Source of the DNA: Leptospiraceae bacterium
GTDB taxonomy: Bacteria; Spirochaetota; Leptospiria; Leptospirales; Leptospiraceae
DNA: 64,000 nucleotides
Direction: 5' to 3'
Assembly (NCBI GenBank): GCA_016708435.1
Contig: JADJFV010000035.1
Coordinates: 64,001-128,000, forward strand
Shown: one piece after another, positions 58,872 to 64,000 of the stretch
How positions within the stretch are numbered: the first letter of the stretch is position 1
How the letters are laid out: the number at the start of each line of letters is the position of its first letter
The notes under the pieces: model-generated
What the model saw: only the letters and a program-made list of their open reading frames with translations
The model's database searches: none
Told to the model about the DNA's origin: nothing
Translations under genes and position numbers: made by a program

Positions 58872-59476
58872 ATTCGGTCGAAGCCTTTTCCTTCTCTGAG
58901 CACTTCCATTTCATCAGTAGTAAAATCGAGAATGGTAGACATTTCTACTTTTGCAATTCCCCCATCGATGATCGCTTCTACTTGATTTCCGAATAAATCT
59001 TCTAGATCATTAATATCAGTGAGATAAGCATCTCCTGAAAAAACGGAAGTGCAAGTCAATGTGCCATCATGCACTTTCAGTAATTCTTGTATAAAAATGC
59101 TTTCCGGGATTCGAATACCGATTGTTTTTACTTTTGTATTTGCAACTGTCCAGCGTGGTATATTTCGATTAGCCTTTAGAATAAATGTAAACGGTCCGGG
59201 TGTAATTCGTTTCATCAATTTGAATGCATCGTTTGGTAGAAATTCTACATACTCTGAAACAGTTGATATATCGGGGCAGAGAATCGAAAGAGGTTTGTGC
59301 TTATCTGAATGTTTTAGCTCGTGTAACTTTTCAATTCCTTTCTTTGATTTGGAGTCCGCGATGATTGCGTATACCGTATCCGTTGGAAAAATATAAACGG
59401 CACCATTTTTAAGATTTTCTGAAATGGCTTTTAGTGCACGAATTTCTGGATTTTTAGGATGAAGGTTAAGTATCAT
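58868..59476 (-). CDS. tsaC: L-threonylcarbamoyladenylate synthase (YrdC/Sua5 family)
   Basis: The motif is GAVYIFPTDTVYAIIAD. 202 aa. Confidence 0.75.
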   Translation of the reverse strand: MILNLHPKNPEIRALKAISENLKNGAVYIFPTDTVYAIIADSKSKKGIEKLHELKHSDKHKPLSILCPDISTVSEYVEFLPNDAFKLMKRITPGPFTFILKANRNIPRWTVANTKVKTIGIRIPESIFIQELLKVHDGTLTCTSVFSGDAYLTDINDLEDLFGNQVEAIIDGGIAKVEMSTILDFTTDEMEVLREGKGFDRI

Positions 59477-59501
59477 AGCGTTCGACGTATCGGAAAACAG
59501 T

Positions 59502-59756
59502 CTAATTTGATTTTTTAGATTCGGGTTCTAAGTTTAAGGGGTTACACACTGTATTGCGCCCTTTATAGCTCTCTAGCATTTTATTGTAATCTATGACTCC
59601 ATCGTCATTGAATAAATCTCTACGGATATAATGCTCTCCATTTTCGTAATAATTGCCAATACTATCACAATCATTGATGTCAATATTGGCATGGCTTTTT
59701 TCTCTTTCCACAATTGGCTTGGAAAAATACCAAGCCAAGTATGAGGTAAATGGCAA
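59502..59756 (-). CDS. Hypothetical protein (84 aa)
   Basis: Only the ORF is seen. Confidence 0.3.
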   Translation of the reverse strand: MPFTSYLAWYFSKPIVEREKSHANIDINDCDSIGNYYENGEHYIRRDLFNDDGVIDYNKMLESYKGRNTVCNPLNLEPESKKSN

Positions 59757-59767
59757 ATGCTTTCATT

Positions 59768-60781
59768 TTATTTTTTTGCTGGCTCTGTTGTCGGTGTTGG
59801 AGTAGTCTTTGCATCTTTTGATTCTTTTGCGTCTTTAGAATCCTTTGCATCTTTCTTAGGCTCAGGATTTGGTTTATCCAATTCCTTATTTGTATTTAAT
59901 TCGCCATATTTATTTGTGAGCCCCTTTTTAATTTGTTCTCTTTCTTTCTCTCTTTCTTTTTCTCTTGCAACAAATACAAGTCCGAGTGAATCATCGTATT
60001 CTTTTAAATATTCTTTTGGAATATAGTCATCATCTAATAAAAGATTCTTGCTAACTCGTTCTGGTAGTTTAAGATTTTTATTTTTATGTTTATTGATAGT
60101 GTAATAGATTTTGAACAGACTTTGAAGTGCATTTTTTTGTTCATATAATGCATCTATATGATTGGATTTCGCAGTCAAGACTTGTGAAGATGTAGAAAAT
60201 TCATTCGCTATCACAAGTTGCTTTTCTAATACCGGATAAATATTATCATCCGTATCAGAGTTTACTTTTAAATCCACTAGTTGAAAGGAAGCTTCCGCGT
60301 AGAGCTTATTGTAAGTATCCGCATACTTCTTTGAAAAAGCTTGTGCCTCTGTATTTAAATCAATATAGTTCTGTTCAAAAATTCTTCTAGAAGAGATATA
60401 ATTCTTTTCTTGGAATTTGATACTTGCGTCTACATAGTTTTTCATGATAACGCCGAATTTAGGCTCTGCATCAAAATTCAAAAAAGAGCTTTTCATTTTT
60501 TTTAAGTGCTTTAAATTATTTCTTTTATAATCCGCTGAAACAATTTGTGGATCTACAGTCACTGTGCCTGTTTCCATCTTGAGAGGTTTTCCTTCCTCTT
60601 TTTTTTCAGTAGGAGTCTTTGCTGCTTCCGGTGCACTCGGTGCATTCTTTACTTCTTTAACGCTTACTTGACCAAAAAGAGAAAGCGTAAAGCAAAATAG
60701 AAAAGGAATCAAACTGAGTTTACTACATGTCGTGGGGGAATTGGATTTAATAAATGTAAAGAAAGAAGTATGCGTTTTCAT
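59768..60781 (-). CDS. Secreted or lipoprotein hypothetical with a low-complexity KDAKDSKDAKESKDAK C-terminus
   Basis: It has a signal peptide. The Lys/Asp-rich repeat is at the C-terminus. Confidence 0.5.
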   Translation of the reverse strand: MKTHTSFFTFIKSNSPTTCSKLSLIPFLFCFTLSLFGQVSVKEVKNAPSAPEAAKTPTEKKEEGKPLKMETGTVTVDPQIVSADYKRNNLKHLKKMKSSFLNFDAEPKFGVIMKNYVDASIKFQEKNYISSRRIFEQNYIDLNTEAQAFSKKYADTYNKLYAEASFQLVDLKVNSDTDDNIYPVLEKQLVIANEFSTSSQVLTAKSNHIDALYEQKNALQSLFKIYYTINKHKNKNLKLPERVSKNLLLDDDYIPKEYLKEYDDSLGLVFVAREKEREKEREQIKKGLTNKYGELNTNKELDKPNPEPKKDAKDSKDAKESKDAKTTPTPTTEPAKK

Positions 60782-60828
60782 AGTATACTTATTATCGACA
60801 TTTTTACACTTTACGTAAGAGTGGGTGT

Positions 60829-61389
60829 ATGTTAATTTTAAAGTCTGCCTCTCCTAGAAGACAGCAAATCCTAAAAGACCTAAAACTAAAATTTCTAGCT
60901 GAGCCTTCTCATATAAACGAAGATGCAAGAATAAAAGAGTCTCCCCTTTCCTATCTACAAAGAGTAACAATTGCTAAATTGGAGCTAGAAAAAGCAAAAT
61001 CAGGGAAAGTTTATATTTCCTCCGATACAATTGTTGTCTTGGAAAATCAAATTCTTGGAAAGCCAGTAAATTTTACCGAGGGTATGGAAATTCTCGCGCG
61101 ACTGTCGGGAAAAGCTCATACTGTTTATTCAGGAATTGGAATTGCTAAGAAAGGCGAGGTTTTTTATGACTACGATGAAACAACAGTTGAGTTTAAGCCT
61201 TGGGGAAAAGAAGAAATTGCTGTTTATTTGAATGAATGCAAACCCTACGACAAAGCAGGATCATATGGAATTCAGGATGAAAAAAGCCCAGTTCTACGCT
61301 TTACTGGATCGTATTCGAATGTGCTGGGCTTTCCGTTAAGAAAGTTCTACCAACACTATTCAATTTGGAAGGAATTCTTAAGCCAATAA
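60829..61389 (+). CDS. maf: Maf-like nucleotide pyrophosphatase
   Basis: The N-terminus LILKSASPRRQQIL is present. 186 aa. Confidence 0.8.
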   Translation: MLILKSASPRRQQILKDLKLKFLAEPSHINEDARIKESPLSYLQRVTIAKLELEKAKSGKVYISSDTIVVLENQILGKPVNFTEGMEILARLSGKAHTVYSGIGIAKKGEVFYDYDETTVEFKPWGKEEIAVYLNECKPYDKAGSYGIQDEKSPVLRFTGSYSNVLGFPLRKFYQHYSIWKEFLSQ

Positions 61390-61605
61390 ATCTAAAATTG
61401 CCCCACGATCAACAGGGACTTTGCCCTTGTCTGACATAGCCTGACGACCATTTTTAAAATCTTTAAAGGCAGATTGGTTAAAATAGTTGTCGTTAGAGTA
61501 AACCTTGTTTACTTGTTCTATTGGAGCGTAAGTATAGATTGGTCGAATGTAAGCGAGTGGCTCAGAAACGAGTGATATTTTTTGTGCACCTTCACCAAAG
61601 TTCAT
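61378..61605 (-). CDS. Hypothetical protein (75 aa)
   Basis: Only the ORF is seen. Confidence 0.3.
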   Translation of the reverse strand: MNFGEGAQKISLVSEPLAYIRPIYTYAPIEQVNKVYSNDNYFNQSAFKDFKNGRQAMSDKGKVPVDRGAILDLLA

Positions 61606-61649
61606 AATGTTTTACCTCTTTTACTTATCGGATTTAGTGTACCAGAAAT

Positions 61650-62759
61650 ATGGCAGAAAAACAAGCAAAAAAAAAGGAAATCACAGAATTTAAGAATTTT
61701 CCAGAGTTTCTAGCTCAATACCAAGCTAAAAAGTCATTGCCACAGGTATTTATCTATGTTTCTACGGATTCTTTTGAATTTGATTTAGTCACAGAAACCT
61801 ATCGAAATGAGCTTACTACAAGCGGTGAGCCTTTAGAAGTCGTAGTTTATGTGGCAGAGAGTGGTGACTTTGAAAAGCTTTTCTCTGAGATGTTTAATTT
61901 CAGCATGTTTTCAAGCCAGAAGCTTCTTATCATTCGCTCCGGCGCTGATTTCTTTAAATCAATCCTGACTGCTGGAAAAAAGGAAATGTATGACTCCTTC
62001 AGACGAAATATTCCTAATCTCGCCGAAAAAGTCTATGTTCTATTGCACTATGATTCTAAGGATATTCCTGCAAAGCTAGCGAATCTTTTCGACAATCGAT
62101 TTGCCCTATTAAAAAATCGTAACTTTTACGCGGACGAGAGACGTCCTGCCCTAGAAGGAATTCTAAAAACCGAAAAGGTTCACTTAGAAGACGCTGCACG
62201 AGACGAGTTCATTCATCGAATTCAACCGAACACAGGCGCCTACATCAAAGCAATTCGTAAATTGAAGCTAATGCTTAATAAAAAGGAATTTACCCTTCCT
62301 GATATAGAAGAGGTGCTCTTCAATCGGGCAGAATTTAACCCATTTCAGTTGGTTGATTTGCTCTTTAGCAATAATAAGCATGAATTCTTTCGGGAGTTTT
62401 CCAAGTTTAAGCCTGGACCGGAAAGCACATTCGTCTATCTTTCTTTACTCACAGCCCTTCTAAACCGAGCAGATGAAGTAAGAAAGGCAAAGATTCTACT
62501 TAAACGGTTTAGAGATGAGAATGATGCTGAGTTTTTTAAATACTTAGGCATGGCTTCTTATTCGGATGGTAGAAAGAAGTTCACAAAAGGACGACTTCGT
62601 AGAGAAACTAGGCTATTTACAAAGCAAGCCCTTGACTTTCTCTATGCATTGGTCTTGGATCTCAATATAAAGGCAAAATCTAGCTCGATTAAGGATGAGG
62701 GTAATTTTTACATCATGAGAGAGTTCGATAAATTATTTGCAATACTATCATCGAGTTGA
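61650..62759 (+). CDS. holA: DNA polymerase III delta subunit-like
   Basis: 369 aa. The N-terminal layout VFIYVSTDSFEFDLV ... KLLIIRSGADFF resembles HolA. Confidence 0.5.
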   Translation: MAEKQAKKKEITEFKNFPEFLAQYQAKKSLPQVFIYVSTDSFEFDLVTETYRNELTTSGEPLEVVVYVAESGDFEKLFSEMFNFSMFSSQKLLIIRSGADFFKSILTAGKKEMYDSFRRNIPNLAEKVYVLLHYDSKDIPAKLANLFDNRFALLKNRNFYADERRPALEGILKTEKVHLEDAARDEFIHRIQPNTGAYIKAIRKLKLMLNKKEFTLPDIEEVLFNRAEFNPFQLVDLLFSNNKHEFFREFSKFKPGPESTFVYLSLLTALLNRADEVRKAKILLKRFRDENDAEFFKYLGMASYSDGRKKFTKGRLRRETRLFTKQALDFLYALVLDLNIKAKSSSIKDEGNFYIMREFDKLFAILSSS

Positions 62760-62850
62760 CATTTTATTCCCTCCTTCCATTATGTCTCTTACCTTATTAG
62801 AAATTCTTTTTGTTTTAGAAAAAGAATGCTTTTAAGCCGAAAATAGATGT

Positions 62851-63108
62851 ATGGAGAAGAAATTGATACAAGAGTTAGAACCTTTGTCCGTGAGTAGCTT
62901 TACCCCTTTTTCAACGCCAGCTTTTTCCAGTTCCGATCTTTTTGCTATGCACAAAGTTATTCTAAATTGTGCAGATAGTTTCACCGAATACCTAAATAAA
63001 TCAAAAGAACCAATTCGTTTTACTGATAATGTGGTTCCTTTAAAAAAGGAATTTATAAAATTTACTACATTGCCAGACAACTTTCAAAGTCTATTCGGGG
63101 AAATTTAA
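62851..63108 (+). CDS. Hypothetical protein (85 aa); the strand assignment is ambiguous
   Basis: A competing minus-strand ORF lies at 62832-63080. Confidence 0.25.
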   Translation: MEKKLIQELEPLSVSSFTPFSTPAFSSSDLFAMHKVILNCADSFTEYLNKSKEPIRFTDNVVPLKKEFIKFTTLPDNFQSLFGEI

Positions 63109-63133
63109 ACGGCAAATCTTCATTCACCGGTGC

Positions 63134-63559
63134 TTGGTAATGAAAAAGAAAATTTTGTATGTAGACTTAGATGGTGTCCTTGCGGATTATGAATCTGCAA
63201 AAGCAATCACAACAGAAAAAGAGAGAAAGCAAAAAGGTTTTTTTGAAAACCTCCCACCCATTGAAGGCGCAATTGAAGCTTTCAAAAAATTATCAAAGAA
63301 ATACGAAACCTATTTTTTATCCACAGCTCCTTGGACAAATATTCATGCACCTTCTGAAAAAAGAATCTGGGTTGAAAAGCATCTAGGAAGATATGCATTT
63401 AAAAAATTAATTCTAACGCATAACAAGGGTTTGCTTAAGGGCGATTTTTTAATTGACGATCGAACCAGGAATGGAGTCAAAGAGTTTGAAGGTGAGCATA
63501 TTCACTTTGGATCAGAAAAATTTAAAACTTGGAATGATGTCCTGGATTACTTATTGTGA
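63134..63559 (+). CDS. 5'(3')-deoxyribonucleotidase (HAD superfamily, NT5C-like)
   Basis: HAD motif I is [12 protein letters not shown]. 141 aa. Confidence 0.6.
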   Translation: MVMKKKILYVDLDGVLADYESAKAITTEKERKQKGFFENLPPIEGAIEAFKKLSKKYETYFLSTAPWTNIHAPSEKRIWVEKHLGRYAFKKLILTHNKGLLKGDFLIDDRTRNGVKEFEGEHIHFGSEKFKTWNDVLDYLL

Positions 63560-64000
63560 TTGAAAAACTAATCGAATTCTCGATAAAAAAAAAGTATATA
63601 GTTATTGCCTTAACACTCATTGTCTCCTTAATCGGACTTTTCAGTGCATCTAAACTCTCCGTCGATGCTGTGCCCGATGTGACTAATGTGCAAGTATCCG
63701 CTGTGACTACTTCACCCGGACTTTCTCCAATGGAAGTAGAGCAGTTTATTACAAACCCTATCGAGTTACAGTTAATGGGAATTCCGGGAGCAACGGAGAT
63801 AAGATCAATTTCGCGCACTGGCATTAGCAGTGTAACAGTGATCTTTGATGACAATGTAAATATTTGGTTTGCTAGGCAATTAGTAACTGAGAGACTCAAA
63901 GTAGCTGACAAAGAAATTCCACCCGAATACGGACAACCGGAATTATCCCCTGTCGCTACTGCATTAGGGGATATCTATGAGTTTGTGCTAACGTCGGATA
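63556..64000 (+). CDS. RND efflux transporter permease (CzcA/AcrB family), 5' partial; it continues past the window end
   Basis: A GTG start overlaps the preceding stop. The N-terminus is [65 protein letters not shown]. Confidence 0.7.
   Translation, partial: MIEKLIEFSIKKKYIVIALTLIVSLIGLFSASKLSVDAVPDVTNVQVSAVTTSPGLSPMEVEQFITNPIELQLMGIPGATEIRSISRTGISSVTVIFDDNVNIWFARQLVTERLKVADKEIPPEYGQPELSPVATALGDIYEFVLTSD

Noticed and set aside
62832-63080. Minus-strand 82-aa ORF competing with the plus-strand ORF 62851-63108
   Set aside because: The two cannot be resolved from sequence alone. The plus-strand ORF is listed at low confidence because it matches the orientation of the flanking genes.

Overview
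This is a 64-kb chromosomal segment from a low-GC spirochete. It is probably Leptospira, an inference from 7TMR-DISM sensors, LemA, a Loa22-like OmpA lipoprotein, DUF1566 lipoproteins, many GGDEF/EAL genes and lipobox signal peptides. The first ~10.7 kb is accessory and mosaic. It holds an IS91-family rolling-circle transposase remnant, truncated GGDEF and EAL fragments, a frameshifted K+/H+ antiporter, an MCP, a Uma2 endonuclease, an Rpn-like PD-(D/E)XK nuclease, and a UPF0175/PIN toxin-antitoxin pair. Each unit is delimited by one of two families of intergenic junction repeats. Next comes a signalling block flanked by two copies of a 22-bp perfect palindrome. It contains an AAA-ATPase_like/PD-(D/E)XK protein, a 7TMR-DISM histidine kinase and a LuxR response regulator. 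After that are housekeeping genes: amn, plsC, a thioesterase, a flavoprotein, tandem hemerythrin, MqnA-like, the rpsU-yqeY-dnaG-rpoD operon, a CoA-transferase, LemA, a 7TMR-DISM adenylate cyclase, a GT4+GH130 pair, cbpA-cbpM, a TonB receptor, rluD, an OmpA lipoprotein, tsaC, maf, holA, a 5'-nucleotidase and a partial RND pump. Two large paralogous lipoproteins share an N-terminal module but carry different C-terminal modules. Two further short inverted-repeat (MITE-like) families are dispersed through intergenic regions. One is a 100-170 bp palindromic element with 4 copies, one of which is inserted into the IS91 transposase gene. The other is a CACAGAG-type terminal-inverted-repeat element with 6 copies. 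One of those is expanded into a bizarre homopolymer-rich 335-bp tract. Several signalling genes carry degenerate catalytic motifs or frameshifts. No rRNA, tRNA or CRISPR array was found.
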